Shown in pieces: positions 10,529-22,553 of a stretch of 64,000 nt of DNA. Below the pieces are notes generated by a model. The model was not told where the DNA came from. It was given only the letters and a program-made list of their open reading frames with translations, and ran no database searches. Source of the stretch: an uncultured delta proteobacterium. GTDB lineage: Bacteria > Desulfobacterota > Desulfobacteria > Desulfobacterales > JAFDCJ01. The DNA is taken from the NCBI GenBank assembly GCA_963769935.1, contig CAVYNY010000014.1, positions 1 to 64,000 on the forward strand, written 5' to 3'. How positions within the stretch are numbered: position 1 is the stretch's first letter; every line of letters begins with the position of its first letter. Made by a program: the position numbers and the translations under genes.

Positions 10529-11321
10529 AGGGTGTTGGTTTGGCGAACGTACCTGGTTTTCGACCGGCTCCAACCTGCCCGGCATATGTCTGGGCAATCG
10601 ACATCCATTGGCGGGCGGTCGGGCCCTCAATAACGAGCCGGGTGTCGGCAGGATGGCGCCGCTGGACGACAACCAGGCAGAAATCTTCAGCCGTACCCCG
10701 GACCATGTCCGCTGCTTTTTCAGGGCCCCATGTCCAGAGCTCGCCCCCGGGGCTCGTGATTTCGACCCTGACCGGAGAATCGGGAATCTTCATCCCACGG
10801 TTGGCAAAACTCCAACCAAAGGTCACCACCCCCAGATGGGCGATATGACGCAGCCGGTCGGTGGGAACCCGCTCAATTCCCAAGGCGTCCGCAACGTCCT
10901 GGCCATGCGCCCAGACCTCCATGATTCGGGCGGTAGCAAAAGACAGCGCGCTCATGGGCGGTCCATACCACTTTAACCTGGCCTTGCGGTCCAGCGGCAT
11001 CAGAGCGTCAAGAAGTGCCCGCCGTTCCTGCCGCCACCGGTTCAACAATTCGGCAGCGGCCAGTTCCCGGCCTGCTTTTTCAAGGGTCTCAAGGTGGCCT
11101 TCAGGGTCCCTGGCTATATCAGCCAGATGGTGTTCAAATTCCTCCGGCGCGCTGACGGCCAGCCTGGCCCTTTCATCATAATAGGCGAGATGTCGTATCT
11201 GGTCTTTTACAGTCCAGCCCTCGGCCGGTGTCATGACGCTCCAGCCGGATTCATCCAGCGGGGCGACGATGGCATCCAGCTCCTCATATTCGTTTGCCAG
11301 GTCGGCACAAATTTCCTGCAT
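10527..11321 (-). CDS. TIGR03084 family metal-binding protein (MDMPI/DinB superfamily)
   Basis: TPAEGWTVKDQIRHLAYYD, WYGPPMSALSFATARIMEVWAHGQD, WTWGP...GTAEDFCLVVVQRRH. Confidence 0.88.
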   Translation of the reverse strand: MQEICADLANEYEELDAIVAPLDESGWSVMTPAEGWTVKDQIRHLAYYDERARLAVSAPEEFEHHLADIARDPEGHLETLEKAGRELAAAELLNRWRQERRALLDALMPLDRKARLKWYGPPMSALSFATARIMEVWAHGQDVADALGIERVPTDRLRHIAHLGVVTFGWSFANRGMKIPDSPVRVEITSPGGELWTWGPEKAADMVRGTAEDFCLVVVQRRHPADTRLVIEGPTARQWMSIAQTYAGQVGAGRKPGTFAKPTP

Positions 11322-11499
11322 TGGTCCCCATCCTTTTTGAAGTTGCTCCGGTATACCGGAAAATAGCTTTTGGTGTCAATAGCGCGTCTCGCACCGCAGC
11401 TCCGGCGCCGGCTGACAAAGCGAACCCGGGTAAAGGTGCATGAATTGCTGATTGAAAGGATTGCTGAATGCCGCCGCGACATCGGTCTGACTGCTTTTA

Positions 11500-11988
11500 T
11501 CAGACGGCCAGCCGGCCGACGGCCGACTTCATGCTGTCCAAATGCTCCTGCGCCGATTTGAAAATAACGTAGTCGAGGGCCTGGTTGAGCGTCACTGCGC
11601 CGCCAAAGGCGGGCATGCTGCCTTTACGGTCGAGTTCCTCATCGCTCAGCCCGGCCACGAAGGCGGCCAATTCGGCGCCATTTTTCCGCAGGTGCTCCAA
11701 GGCTTCGGCCTTGGTGCAGTCCGGATGCTCCCGGGCATCCTTGTCGGACATCGCATTGATCTGATCCATCGTCAATTGCGGCAGTTCTTGGCCCTTGACG
11801 ATCATCCCCAGCAGCTTGAAAATCCCAAAATGCCCGGCGCCCAGGTGACGCGCCGTGACGCCTGCAGTCCATTGCTCCCAGTCGCACTTCGCGTTCCATT
11901 CTTCGCCGGATAACGTATCCACAAATGCAATGACATTGTCTCTGAATGATTCGATTCGCCTGGATAGGTCTTTGGCTCGTTTACTCAT
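11500..11988 (-). CDS. DinB family protein
   Basis: WTAGVTARHL, GLSDEELDRKG and a C-terminal EHL helix; four-helix DinB pattern. Confidence 0.75.
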   Translation of the reverse strand: MSKRAKDLSRRIESFRDNVIAFVDTLSGEEWNAKCDWEQWTAGVTARHLGAGHFGIFKLLGMIVKGQELPQLTMDQINAMSDKDAREHPDCTKAEALEHLRKNGAELAAFVAGLSDEELDRKGSMPAFGGAVTLNQALDYVIFKSAQEHLDSMKSAVGRLAV

Positions 11989-12407
11989 TGGCTGTCTCCT
12001 TTCACTGACGGGATCGGTGTCGACAGGATTCGGATGAATTCCTGATCAGGCTTCACAGCATGACTCGGCGGGGGGAGGTTGAGACCTGAAATCCTGTCTT
12101 ACCGTCCTGAAATCATAAATATAAGATAGATCGCCCGGGCAGATATGCAAGGGTTCACCCCATGTCTCTCTCAGGTTTTAGCTTATTTTTATCAAATTCC
12201 TTAAACTGGAAATCTGCCCTGCTTTTTTTAGGCTCCGGTCGTTACCTGCAAGGCGCTTTTAAAGAAATTTGCTGAATTGCCGATGATACCAACATATCGG
12301 AATGTTGTTTTCCCAACGCAGGTGTTTTCCCGGTTAATCTATTCAATTCATTTGAATGAACGAATCGCTGCATTCCTCAGAGGGCGGCGTCTTGTTGGTG
12401 AGGTAAA

Positions 12408-15221
12408 ATGGATTATCGAATACTGTACTGCTTTCCTTTCTTTCTGTCGGCTGCGCTTAACTTCATTGTCGCCGTTTTTACCTTGGGGCGGGTCAATGTA
12501 AGAGGGGGCTGGTATCTGGCCGGTGTCTGCCTGGCCTCCACGGCTTGGGCCCTCAGTGAAGGAATGCTCTATTTCGGTCTGGATATCGGCACCAACATGC
12601 TCATCACCCGGTTTCAATATCTGGGGATCGCATCCGTGCCGCCCCTGGTTCTTTTATTTGTCTTGTCCGTTTTTGGCTTTGATTCCTGGATCAATCGAAA
12701 AACACATATGCTGTTTTTTCTGACTGCGGCGGCCATTGTCCTTCTGGTTTGGACCAATCCTTTGCATAAGCTCTTTTTCGTCGATTATTACGCCATCCCA
12801 TCCGGGCCGTTTATGATGCTCGGGCTAAAGCACGGCCCCTTGTGGTGGGCGGTCCTTTTGTATCACTATGCTCTGGTTGCCGTTATAACCGTCATCCTGC
12901 TGCGTCAGACGGTCACATCTTCCGGCTATCATCGTTCTCAAGCGGCTGTGATCCTGGTTGCGGTAGCTTTTGTCTGGCTTTGCAACGCAGTCTACGTTTC
13001 CGGCTACAGCCCGGTGGCGAATATGGACATCAGTTCGATAGGTTTTGTCGGGGTGGCCGGCGCAATGGCCTGGGGGTTTTTTCGCTACGGCCTGCTCGAT
13101 ATCCTGCCGGTGGCCAAGGCCGCAATCTTTCGCGGCCTGGACGATCTTATTCTGGTGGTTGACGGCAAGGATCGTATTCTAGACATCAACCCGGCCGCCG
13201 AGTCCGTTTTCAAGGTTAAAGCTTCCCTGATTGCAGGCCAGGAGGCGTTGACGGCCCTTCGTCTCTACCCGCAGTTTCACCACGTCTTTGATCGGTTGGA
13301 ATCATCGGAGATAAGCCTGATGCAGGATGGGCAGGAACATGTGTACGATCTGCGGGTCTCCTTCCTGACCGACAGGGATGGGTTGAAGATTGGGAAGGTG
13401 ATTGCCCTGCGGGAAATTACGGACCGCAAAAAAGCCGAAAACGCACTTTGGGCGAGGGAGAAGCGTCTGAGCGAACAAAACCGCGTAATCATGGAGCTGT
13501 CCAAAATCAAGGTGGATGAAATCGATGATTTAGCTACCGCCTTAAAAAGAATTACCGAGACGGCCGCGCCGACACTTAATGTGGAAAGGGTGGGCGTATG
13601 GCTTTACAACCACGACCACTCCAAAATCAATTGCATCGAACTATATGAGTTCAGCAAAAAAATGCACTCGGCCGGTATGAAACTTTCGCTGGCGGACTGC
13701 CCGCATTATTTTATGACCTTGAGAGAGGAACGCACCATTGCAGCGCATGATGCCCGCAGCGATCCCAGAACCAGAGAATTTGCTGATTCCTATCTGAAGC
13801 CTTTGGGTATAACGTCCAGGTTGGATTCACCGATCCGGATCCGAGGTCAGGCCGTGGGTGTGATCTGCAATGAACACTCAGGGCCTATGCGGCACTGGAC
13901 GCTGGATGAGCAGACTTTCGCCGCCTCGATTGCGGACCTGATATCCTTGACGATTGAGGCATTTGAAAGGAAAAGAACTGAGGCTGAAAAGAAAAAGCTG
14001 GAAAAGCAACTTTTGCGGGCGGAAAAGATGGAGGCCATTGGTACCCTGGCAGGCGGCGTGGCGCATGACCTGAATAATATTCTGGCCGGTCTTATAAATT
14101 ATCCTGAATTGTTGTTGATGGGCATGCCGCAAGACAGTCCCTTGCGAAAGCCCCTGCTGGCCATTAAAAATTCGGGGGAAAGAGCGTGTGCGATTGTGCA
14201 GGATTTATTGACCCTGGCCCGGCGGGGGGTCTGCGTCTCGGAGGTTTTAAATCTAAATGACGTCATCCAGGAATATTTGAGCAGTCCGCAGTATGAAAAA
14301 TTATTATCATATCATCCGAATGTTAAGGTGGCATCCGATTTGGATTCAACGCTGTTGAATATATTGGGCTCTCCCGTCCATCTCTCAAAAACAATTATGA
14401 ATCTGGTAGCCAACGCGGCGGAAGCCATGCCGGACGGCGGCCATATCCAGCTGAAGACCAAAAACAAGTACATCGACCTGCCGATTCAAGGTTATGATCA
14501 TGTGGCGGAAGGAGATTATGCGCTCCTGATTGTATCCGATACCGGCATCGGGATAGCGCCTGATGAAATAAATAAAATCTTCGAACCGTTTTATACGAAA
14601 AAAGTAATGGGTCGCAGTGGAACAGGTTTAGGCATGGCGGTCGTGTGGGGCACGATTAAAGATCATCGGGGGTATATTCACGTTGAAAGCGACCAGGGAC
14701 GAGGGACCACCATCGAAGTATATTTGCCGGTCACAAGGAAGCTTATCCAAAGCAATGCTATACCCGTCGCGATTGAAAACTACAAGGGCGGGGGGCAAAC
14801 TGTTTTAGTCGTCGATGATGTTGAAGAACAACGGGAAATAGCAGCAAAAATATTGACGCTGCTGGGCTACGCGGTTGAAACCGTGAGCGGCGGCGAAGAG
14901 GCCTGTAAATATCTTGCATCAAAACCGGCTGATTTAATTGTGTTGGACATGATAATGGATCCCGGCATCGATGGTTTGGAGACTTACAAAAGGATAGTTT
15001 CCCAAAACCCGCAACAAAGGGCTGTAATCGCCAGCGGTTTTTCCGAAACGCAGCGGGTCCGGGAAGCTCAGCGATTGGGAGCCGGAAGCTATGTCAAAAA
15101 ACCGTATACAATTGAAAAAATAGGCCTGGCGGTCCACACCGAATTAAACCGGAGCGCGGTTCCACCGAAACGGTTACGATTGGCAGGCAACCGCACCGGC
15201 GGCGGGACGATTTCGGTCTGA
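12408..15221 (+). CDS. Hybrid sensor histidine kinase (HisKA_7TM-PAS-GAF-HisKA-HATPase-REC)
   Basis: Seven N-terminal TM segments, EITDRK PAC end, [17 protein letters not shown]-box, N/G1/F/G2 boxes, receiver VVDD...DMIMDP...KP. Confidence 0.93.
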   Translation: MDYRILYCFPFFLSAALNFIVAVFTLGRVNVRGGWYLAGVCLASTAWALSEGMLYFGLDIGTNMLITRFQYLGIASVPPLVLLFVLSVFGFDSWINRKTHMLFFLTAAAIVLLVWTNPLHKLFFVDYYAIPSGPFMMLGLKHGPLWWAVLLYHYALVAVITVILLRQTVTSSGYHRSQAAVILVAVAFVWLCNAVYVSGYSPVANMDISSIGFVGVAGAMAWGFFRYGLLDILPVAKAAIFRGLDDLILVVDGKDRILDINPAAESVFKVKASLIAGQEALTALRLYPQFHHVFDRLESSEISLMQDGQEHVYDLRVSFLTDRDGLKIGKVIALREITDRKKAENALWAREKRLSEQNRVIMELSKIKVDEIDDLATALKRITETAAPTLNVERVGVWLYNHDHSKINCIELYEFSKKMHSAGMKLSLADCPHYFMTLREERTIAAHDARSDPRTREFADSYLKPLGITSRLDSPIRIRGQAVGVICNEHSGPMRHWTLDEQTFAASIADLISLTIEAFERKRTEAEKKKLEKQLLRAEKMEAIGTLAGGVAHDLNNILAGLINYPELLLMGMPQDSPLRKPLLAIKNSGERACAIVQDLLTLARRGVCVSEVLNLNDVIQEYLSSPQYEKLLSYHPNVKVASDLDSTLLNILGSPVHLSKTIMNLVANAAEAMPDGGHIQLKTKNKYIDLPIQGYDHVAEGDYALLIVSDTGIGIAPDEINKIFEPFYTKKVMGRSGTGLGMAVVWGTIKDHRGYIHVESDQGRGTTIEVYLPVTRKLIQSNAIPVAIENYKGGGQTVLVVDDVEEQREIAAKILTLLGYAVETVSGGEEACKYLASKPADLIVLDMIMDPGIDGLETYKRIVSQNPQQRAVIASGFSETQRVREAQRLGAGSYVKKPYTIEKIGLAVHTELNRSAVPPKRLRLAGNRTGGGTISV

Positions 15222-16655
15222 ACCCGGGCATTCCGGTTCCGGCGGGCCGACCCGGCCGGCGATATAAAGACCATCGAATATGGAGCAGTCAAAATCCTTC
15301 AAACGGGGATTGCCTTCGGCGGCACAGGCGATAAGATCTTCAAGATCCTGGTAAATCAATCGGTCGGCACCGATCTTCCCGGCGACCTGCTGTTCGCTGC
15401 GGCCGTGGGCGATAAGTTCGCCGGTCGAGGGCATATCAATGCCGTACACGTTGGCAAAACGCACCGGCGGCGCCGCGGAAGCAAAATAAACCTTGGCCGC
15501 CCCGGCCGTGCGCGCCATATGAATGATTTGCTTGCTGGTAGTGCCCCGCACGATGGAATCATCGACCAGCAGAACCTTTTTATCTTTGAATTCCTGAGCG
15601 ATGGGATTGAGCTTGCGGCGCACCGAGATCTCCCGCTCGCGCTGATTGGGCATAATAAACGTCCGGTTGATATAGCGATTCTTGATAAAACCTTCCCGGT
15701 AGGTGACACCCAGGCTGTTGGCCAGTTCGAACGCTGCGGTTAAGCTGGTGTCCGGAACAGGTATGACCACATCAATATCATGACCCGGCCATTGCCGCTT
15801 GATCTTGGCGGCCAATTTTCGGCCCATGCGCAGTCGCGCCTGGTAAACGGACGTACCGTCGATGATGGAATCCGGACGGGCCAGGTAAACATACTCGAAA
15901 ATGCAGGGCCTGAGCCGCGGATGGTCGCTGCACCGCCGGCGCCGCAGGTGTCTTTGCGTGTCGATGTAAACTGCTTCGCCGGCGCCGATATCGCCGATGA
16001 GGGTGAAGCCCAGCACATCCAGAGCGCAGCTCTCGGAGGCGAGCATGTATTCCGATCCCAGCGGTGTGCACCGCTCTCCCAGCACGGCCGGACGGATGCC
16101 GTTGGGATCGCGAAACCCCACCAGACCGTGGCCGTTGATCATGGCGACCACCGCATATCCTCCCCGGCAGCGGCGATGCACGCTGCGCACCGCCTTGAAG
16201 ATACCTTCGGCCGTCAGCTGAGGGCGGCTGTTGCGGGACAATTCATGGGCAAATACGTTTAATAAAATCTCCGAATCCGAGTCGGTATTGATATGGCGCC
16301 GATCAACTTCAAACAGTTCCTTTTTCAGCAGGGCGGCATTGGTCAGGTTGCCGTTATGCGCCAGGGCGATGCCATAAGGTGAGTTGACGTAGAAAGGCTG
16401 AGCTTCATGGTAACTATGGCACCCGGCCGTGGGGTAGCGCACATGCCCGATCCCCATGCTACCGATGAGCCGGTCCAGGTCCGCCGGCTGGAAAACATCC
16501 CGCACCAGCCCGTTGGCTTTTTGTAAAAACATTTTGCCGTCGCTGCCGGTTGCCATGCCGGCGGCATCCTGCCCTCTGTGCTGCAAAATGCTCAGGACTT
16601 CATACAGTTCCAATGCAACATGCGATCCGCCTGCAATGCCAACGATTCCGCACAT
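15174..16655 (-). CDS. purF: Amidophosphoribosyltransferase (E. coli type)
   Basis: MCGIVG N-terminal nucleophile, [34 protein letters not shown] loop. Confidence 0.95.
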   Translation of the reverse strand: MCGIVGIAGGSHVALELYEVLSILQHRGQDAAGMATGSDGKMFLQKANGLVRDVFQPADLDRLIGSMGIGHVRYPTAGCHSYHEAQPFYVNSPYGIALAHNGNLTNAALLKKELFEVDRRHINTDSDSEILLNVFAHELSRNSRPQLTAEGIFKAVRSVHRRCRGGYAVVAMINGHGLVGFRDPNGIRPAVLGERCTPLGSEYMLASESCALDVLGFTLIGDIGAGEAVYIDTQRHLRRRRCSDHPRLRPCIFEYVYLARPDSIIDGTSVYQARLRMGRKLAAKIKRQWPGHDIDVVIPVPDTSLTAAFELANSLGVTYREGFIKNRYINRTFIMPNQREREISVRRKLNPIAQEFKDKKVLLVDDSIVRGTTSKQIIHMARTAGAAKVYFASAAPPVRFANVYGIDMPSTGELIAHGRSEQQVAGKIGADRLIYQDLEDLIACAAEGNPRLKDFDCSIFDGLYIAGRVGPPEPECPGSDRNRPAAGAVACQS

Positions 16656-16838
16656 AATCCGGCCTCAAGCAAAGTCGTCCGGCCGGCCGTGAATTCAAAC
16701 GCCGGCCGCGCCGCCTTAAAGTTTTGCAATCTCAACCCTTCGATGCATCTTATTTCAAAGAATAGGACCATCGTGCAAATAATCAAGAGCAAGCGCAGGG
16801 TCGCGCAAATCGCGCCGGTCTGATTGTGACAACCCCTT

Positions 16839-18743
16839 CTAAGGGCCCGCCTGGGATTGGATCGTTTCAAGTTCTTCCCAACGCCGGTAGGCGGTCTCGA
16901 TTTCCCCTTCGACGCGCTCAAGATCCGCTTTGACCGCGGCAATCGCGTCTTTTTCTTTTTTGTAAAACAAGGGGTCGGACAGGATCGCAAACAGCTTTTT
17001 TTGCTGCGCTTCAAGGGCTTCAATCTTTTGGGGCAGCTCCTGCATCTCCCGCTTTTGCATATACCCCAGCCTTTGTGACGGGCGCGCCTTGGGTGCCGGC
17101 CGGGCTCTGCGGAGGCCGTTTTTTTCCGGCAGCCGCTCAGCCGGCCGCTGCGGCCGCTGGCTCAGCCAATCATCGTAACCGCCGGGGTACTCGCTCACCT
17201 GCCCCCGGCCTTCAAAGACGATGGTGCTCGTGACCACATTGTTTAAGAAGGCCCGGTCGTGGCTGACCAGCAGCAGGGTCCCCGGGTACTCGCAAATCAG
17301 CTCTTCCAGAAGCTCCAGGGTTTCCACATCCAGATCATTGGTCGGCTCGTCCAGCACCAGAACGTTGGCCGGTTGGGTGAAGATCCGGGCCAGCATCAAA
17401 CGATTTTTTTCGCCGCCGGAAAGGACGCCGACCGGCGTGCGGCATCTTTGGGGCGAGAAGAGAAAATCCTGCAGGTAGCTGATGACGTGGCGTTTTTGAC
17501 CGTTGAATACAATAAAGTCGTTGCCGGCGGCGATGTTTTCCCGGACGGACTTTTGCTCATCGAGCTGCGCCCGGAGCTGGTCAAAATAAACGACCTGCAG
17601 GTTGGTGCCGTGACGGACACTGCCTGACTCAGGGTCCGTCTCTTTAAGAAGGATTTTCAGCAGAGTGGTTTTGCCCACACCGTTGGGACCGATGATGCCC
17701 ACCTTGTCGCCGCGCATGATGACCAGGGAAAAATCCCGCACAAGCGGGATCGGTCCATAGGAAAAATTCACCGCCCGGGCTTCGATGACAAGCTTGCCGG
17801 TTCGCTCCGCCTCCTGAACCTGCAGCCTGACATCGCCGATTTTGCGGCGGCGGGCCCGGTGGTCGGCCCGCATCTTCTGCAGGCTCCGGACGCGCCCTTC
17901 GTTTCGGGTGCGGCGGGCTTTGATCCCTTTTCTGATCCAGGCTTCTTCCTGGGATAGTTTCTTGTCGAACACCTGGTTTTGCGTTTCTTCGCTCTGCAAG
18001 GCGGCCTGTCTGCGTTTTAAATAGGTCGCGTAATCACAGTCATAGGAAACCAGGCGGCCCCGATCCAGTTCCAGGATCCGGCCGGCGATCTTTTCGAGAA
18101 AAGCGCGGTCATGGGTGATAAACAGCAGGGTTTTTACGTGGCGCAGGATAAAATCTTCCATCCAGATGATCGTGTCGATGTCAAGATGGTTGGTGGGTTC
18201 GTCCAGCAGCAGAAGATCCGGCCGGCAGACCAGGGCCTGCGCAAACAGCGTGCGTCGTTTCAGCCCTGCCGAAAGATCGGCGAACCGACGGCCGGGCTCC
18301 AGCCGGGTCCGCGAAAGAATGTCATCGACGCGGGTCGACCGTTCCCAGGCATCGCCGGCGGCCGGCATTGGCTGCAGTCGGCCATGCCTTTCTGCCGGCT
18401 GGGGGTTGGACCCGGACCCAGGGTCCCTGCCGATCCGGCCAGGCGCAGCCGTCGCCCGGCCCGCCGCACCGAGGCCTTCAGCCACCACATCAAAGACCGT
18501 GCCGTCGTATCCCGCTGGAACATCCTGCATCAAGGCGGACACGCGGATGCCCGGCCCGCGCCAGATATCACCGCTGTCCGGCGGCATTTCGCCGCCCAGA
18601 AGCTTCAGCAAAGTGGTCTTGCCCGTACCGTTGCGACCCACCAGGCACACGCGCTCGCCTTTTTCGATCCGGAACGTTACGTTTTCCAGCAGCGGGGACT
18701 CGCCGAATCCCCAGCACACATCCCGCATACCGATCAGCGCCAT
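16839..18743 (-). CDS. uup: ABC-F family ATPase (Uup-like)
   Basis: Two ABC domains (GRNGTGKTT, GPNGVGKTT), linker WIRKGIKARRTRNEGRVR, C-terminal coiled coil ending RWEELE. Confidence 0.9.
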   Translation of the reverse strand: MALIGMRDVCWGFGESPLLENVTFRIEKGERVCLVGRNGTGKTTLLKLLGGEMPPDSGDIWRGPGIRVSALMQDVPAGYDGTVFDVVAEGLGAAGRATAAPGRIGRDPGSGSNPQPAERHGRLQPMPAAGDAWERSTRVDDILSRTRLEPGRRFADLSAGLKRRTLFAQALVCRPDLLLLDEPTNHLDIDTIIWMEDFILRHVKTLLFITHDRAFLEKIAGRILELDRGRLVSYDCDYATYLKRRQAALQSEETQNQVFDKKLSQEEAWIRKGIKARRTRNEGRVRSLQKMRADHRARRRKIGDVRLQVQEAERTGKLVIEARAVNFSYGPIPLVRDFSLVIMRGDKVGIIGPNGVGKTTLLKILLKETDPESGSVRHGTNLQVVYFDQLRAQLDEQKSVRENIAAGNDFIVFNGQKRHVISYLQDFLFSPQRCRTPVGVLSGGEKNRLMLARIFTQPANVLVLDEPTNDLDVETLELLEELICEYPGTLLLVSHDRAFLNNVVTSTIVFEGRGQVSEYPGGYDDWLSQRPQRPAERLPEKNGLRRARPAPKARPSQRLGYMQKREMQELPQKIEALEAQQKKLFAILSDPLFYKKEKDAIAAVKADLERVEGEIETAYRRWEELETIQSQAGP

Positions 18744-18900
18744 AAGGCCAACCTCTTTAAACCGCTAAAACGGCATTCCTGCGCCAAGGATCCCCCGTCT
18801 CCCCGGGTGCGGCGGTTCCGGCCCCGGGCAACTCCAACCGGTCCGGCAGTGATGCGCGGGCGGAAGCGGGGCTTGATTTTTAATATTGCCGCGGCGGTTG

Positions 18901-20502
18901 TCAGTTGATATCCCGTGTTTTGTAAAACTGCACCTCCGGCCATTCCCGCATGCAGTAATTCAGCTGGAATTCACTGGTTGTCAGAAAGGACAGGCAGCCT
19001 TGAGAATCCCGGGCCAGGTTGGCCGTATTCTTTTTCTCAAATTCGGCCAGTTTTTTACGGTCACTGCACTCGATCCAGCGTGCCACCGCGAGGTCCACCG
19101 GTTCATAGACCGCATCCACACCGTATTCGGCCTTGAGCCGGGCCATGGTGACGTCAAACTGGAGGACGCCGACCGCCCCTAAAATATAGTCGCTGCCCCG
19201 GACCGGTCTGAAAACCTGGACTGTACCTTCTTCGGCCAGCTGGGTCAGGCCCTTCTGGAAGTGTTTGGCCTTTAACGGGTTTTTCAGGCGAACGCGCCGG
19301 AAATGTTCCGGCGCAAAGTTCGGTATGCCGGTGAATTTTAAAGGTTCCTTTTCGCTGAACGTGTCGCCGATCTTGATGGTGCCGTGGTTGTGGATGCCGA
19401 TGATGTCTCCCGGAAAGGCCTCCGCCACATTGGCCCGGTCCTGGGCCATGAAGATGGTCGCATTGGCCAGGGCGACTTCTTTTCCGATCCGGTGGTGAAC
19501 CACCTTCATCCCCCGCCTGAATTTGCCGGAGCAGATCCTGACAAACGCGATGCGGTCGCGATGGGCCGGATTCATATTGGCCTGGATTTTAAACGCAAAA
19601 CCCGAAAAGGATTTTTCGTATGGCGACACTTCACGGGAGACGGCCGCGCGTAAACCCGGCGGGGGCGCCAATTCTATAAATGCATCCAGCATCTCTTTAA
19701 CACCGAAGTTGTTGATGGCACTGCCGAAAAAAACCGGCGTCTGGCTGGCTTTTAAGAAGTGCTTCTTTTCAAAGGGGTTCACCGCACCCTCGATCAGTTC
19801 GATGTCTTCCCGCAGCGCTTCGGCCTGGGTGCCCAGCAATTCATCCAGGAGCGGATCCGACAAATCAGTAATCACAAGGCCGTCCTGTCCGCGGGTGTCG
19901 CTGCCGGGACTGAACAGATGCAACTGCTTGTGAAAGAGGTTGTAAACCCCCTTGAAGCTTTTGCCCATTCCGATCGGCCAGGAAAGCGGTGTGCATTCGA
20001 TCTGCAGCTTCTCCTCGATGTCATCCAGGATATCCGCCGGAGCCATACCCTCACGGTCGAGTTTATTGATGAAGGTAATAATGGGGGTGTTGCGCATCCG
20101 GCAGACTTCCATGAGCTTTCCGGTCTGGGCTTCGACCCCCTTGGCGTTGTCGATCACCATCAGGGCGCTGTCGACGGCGGTCAATACCCGGTAAGTGTCT
20201 TCGGAGAAGTCCTGGTGGCCCGGCGTATCGAGAAGATTAATCTCAAAATTCCGGTAGTTGAATTTCATCACCGAAGTCGTCACTGAAATCCCTCTTTCCT
20301 TTTCAATGGACATCCAGTCGCTGGTGGCATAGCGGGCGGCATGCTTGGCCTTGACCGCCCCGGCCTGCTGGATGGCTCCGCCGAAAAGCAGCAGCTTTTC
20401 GGTCAGCGTGGTCTTGCCGGCATCCGGATGACTGATGATTCCGAAGGTCCGTCTCCGGCTGATTTCTTTTTGCGTATTATTGTCCATAAATTTATTTTCC
20501 AT
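18901..20502 (-). CDS. prfC: Peptide chain release factor 3
   Basis: [54 protein letters not shown]. Start at 20502 or 20487. Confidence 0.96.
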   Translation of the reverse strand: MENKFMDNNTQKEISRRRTFGIISHPDAGKTTLTEKLLLFGGAIQQAGAVKAKHAARYATSDWMSIEKERGISVTTSVMKFNYRNFEINLLDTPGHQDFSEDTYRVLTAVDSALMVIDNAKGVEAQTGKLMEVCRMRNTPIITFINKLDREGMAPADILDDIEEKLQIECTPLSWPIGMGKSFKGVYNLFHKQLHLFSPGSDTRGQDGLVITDLSDPLLDELLGTQAEALREDIELIEGAVNPFEKKHFLKASQTPVFFGSAINNFGVKEMLDAFIELAPPPGLRAAVSREVSPYEKSFSGFAFKIQANMNPAHRDRIAFVRICSGKFRRGMKVVHHRIGKEVALANATIFMAQDRANVAEAFPGDIIGIHNHGTIKIGDTFSEKEPLKFTGIPNFAPEHFRRVRLKNPLKAKHFQKGLTQLAEEGTVQVFRPVRGSDYILGAVGVLQFDVTMARLKAEYGVDAVYEPVDLAVARWIECSDRKKLAEFEKKNTANLARDSQGCLSFLTTSEFQLNYCMREWPEVQFYKTRDIN

Positions 20503-20748
20503 TATCTCTTGACGCCCGCTTTCCGGATAATCGGCGTTGCACCGTGCCAACCGGCGGCCGAATTGTAAACAGGCGATTTGCAGTCACAGGCCCGCCGCCG
20601 CGCGGGGTATTTAAAAAAAATCCCCGGGGGCCTTTGCAGGCCACTGGGGCTTGGTCGCATAGCAACTGGAACAATTGCCGCAATTATAACCCTCGCCGGA
20701 GCTTTTGTCAATTGTCGCCTGGCAGGCGAAAACCTCCCGGCCGCCGGG

Positions 20749-21045
20749 TTATTGCCGCAAGTTTGACGACCGGATGCGTTCCAGGGCGATCTGAATGGGT
20801 TGCGAGTCGATATGCCGCAAGAGGGCGCCGATGTGCTTGATCTGTCGGCGCCGGGCGCCGTGTTTGCTTATTTTACGTGCGAATTCGACGGCCGTCCGAA
20901 TCTCATCCGGCAGCGCCATGGTCTCAAGCTGGCCGGACGGCAGGGCAACCAGCTGTTCGCCCAGGCGCTGCAGGGCCCGGTCCTCCTTTTTTTTCCGGGT
21001 TCTGCTTTTATAGTCCGTCTCCATTTTATTGGCCGTTGCCTTCAT
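20749..21045 (-). CDS. yjgA: Short DarP/YjgA (DUF615) ribosome-associated protein, N-terminal half only
   Basis: KSRTRKKKEDRALQRLGEQLVAL...HGARRRQIKHIGALLR. ATG 21045 follows a GGGAG RBS; 98 aa. Confidence 0.75.
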   Translation of the reverse strand: MKATANKMETDYKSRTRKKKEDRALQRLGEQLVALPSGQLETMALPDEIRTAVEFARKISKHGARRRQIKHIGALLRHIDSQPIQIALERIRSSNLRQ

Positions 21046-21253
21046 CAACTCCCGTTGACATTTTGCAGCCGGCGGTGCGCGCACCTTTTTCCCACCGCCA
21101 AAACCGGCCGCACAAATCAGTTGCTTTTGCGCCCGAATTGCTGCAGTATCCGGCTGTCGGGCGCCTGACAGCTAATACTGCAAAAGGTTAGAAATGATCA
21201 AGCAATATCTCGACCGTTCTTTGCGGCAGCGGTCGCAGCGAAAGCGGTGATAA

Positions 21254-22447
21254 ATGGCATCAGCCGATTGGGTCAAACGCCCAAGAAAAGAAAAGCGGCC
21301 GGGCGCGGTCTATCAGTACCAGCAGGCCGGACGTTATTTTGCCCAAATAGCCGACGGCTTAAAGGAAGCCGGTGCGGAAGAAATAGCTCAACTCGGCGCC
21401 GAAGATGTCAGGCTGGAATTCAGCGGTATTCATTTCAGGGCCGATAAATCGACGCTGTATCGAATTAATTATCTGACCAGGCTTCTTTCACGGTGCCTGG
21501 CGCCGTTGATATCCTTCGCTTGTCCTGATGCCGATACGCTGTATCGGAAGGCCAAACAAATCCGGTGGGAAGAATTTTTCAGGCAGGGCCATACCTTTGC
21601 CGTATCGGGCAATGTTTCCGACAGCGCGATTTCGCATTCACAGTATGCCGCCCTGCGCCTGAAGGATGCGGTTGCCGACTATTTCAGAGAAAAAACCGGC
21701 CGGCGGCCGGATGTGTCGGCCAGAAATCCGGATATCCGGCTGAACCTCTATATCAGAAACGATAAGGCCGTAATAAGCCTCGACATCTCGGGCGGCGCGC
21801 TTCACCGGCGAGGATACCGCGTGGAAGCCGTTGCGGCGCCGATGCAGGAAACCGTCGCCGCCGCAATTATCGGATTCAGCCAATGGGACGGTGCGGTTCC
21901 ATTATATGATCCGTTGTGCGGTTCGGGAACCCTTTTGTGTGAAGCACTCATGCGGTACTGCCAGATACCGGCGGGTATTTTCAGGAGTCGATTCGGTTTC
22001 GAATTTCTGCCCGATTTTGACGGCGCTGTCTGGCAGCAGGTGAAAAATGAGGCCGACGGAAACATCCGGGAATTGCCGCAGGGGCTGATCGCCGGCAGTG
22101 ATGTGTCCGCGGAGGCTGTCGGCGCGGCGCGGACAAATCTGATGGGGATTCATTTCGGAAGCAACATAAGTGTTGCCAGGGCGGACTTCAGAATGCTGCC
22201 CGCCCTTGAAGGGCATGTAATTGTGACCAATCCGCCTTACGGCATTCGGATGGGGGGCGACGATAACCTGGCAGCGTTTTATAAAGATTTCGGCGATTTT
22301 CTGAAACACAAATGCAAGGGCGCGAGCGCTTTCGTTTATTTCGGGGAACGGGAGTATATTAAAAAAATCGGGTTGAAAGCCTCATGGAAAAAACCGATCA
22401 AGGCCGGCGGTCTGGACGGTCGGTTGGTTAAATACGAGATGTACTGA
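21254..22447 (+). CDS. THUMP-domain class I SAM-dependent rRNA methyltransferase (RlmL-like)
   Basis: THUMP (ALRLKDAVAD), LHRRGYR, APMQETVAAA, DPLCGSGT, TNPPYG. Confidence 0.9.
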   Translation: MASADWVKRPRKEKRPGAVYQYQQAGRYFAQIADGLKEAGAEEIAQLGAEDVRLEFSGIHFRADKSTLYRINYLTRLLSRCLAPLISFACPDADTLYRKAKQIRWEEFFRQGHTFAVSGNVSDSAISHSQYAALRLKDAVADYFREKTGRRPDVSARNPDIRLNLYIRNDKAVISLDISGGALHRRGYRVEAVAAPMQETVAAAIIGFSQWDGAVPLYDPLCGSGTLLCEALMRYCQIPAGIFRSRFGFEFLPDFDGAVWQQVKNEADGNIRELPQGLIAGSDVSAEAVGAARTNLMGIHFGSNISVARADFRMLPALEGHVIVTNPPYGIRMGGDDNLAAFYKDFGDFLKHKCKGASAFVYFGEREYIKKIGLKASWKKPIKAGGLDGRLVKYEMY

Positions 22448-22486
22448 TCGTTTTTATCGGCGCAGATCTAAATAAGGAAATAATCC

Positions 22487-22515
22487 TTGACATCATAAGC
22501 TGGGGACTTTATACT
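22487..22515 (+). promoter_or_regulatory. Sigma70-type promoter
   Basis: TTGACA (22487-22492), 17-nt spacer, TATACT (22510-22515). Confidence 0.8.
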
Positions 22516-22553
22516 GCATCGACTAAACATTAATAGACTCGGTTTCGATCGTC

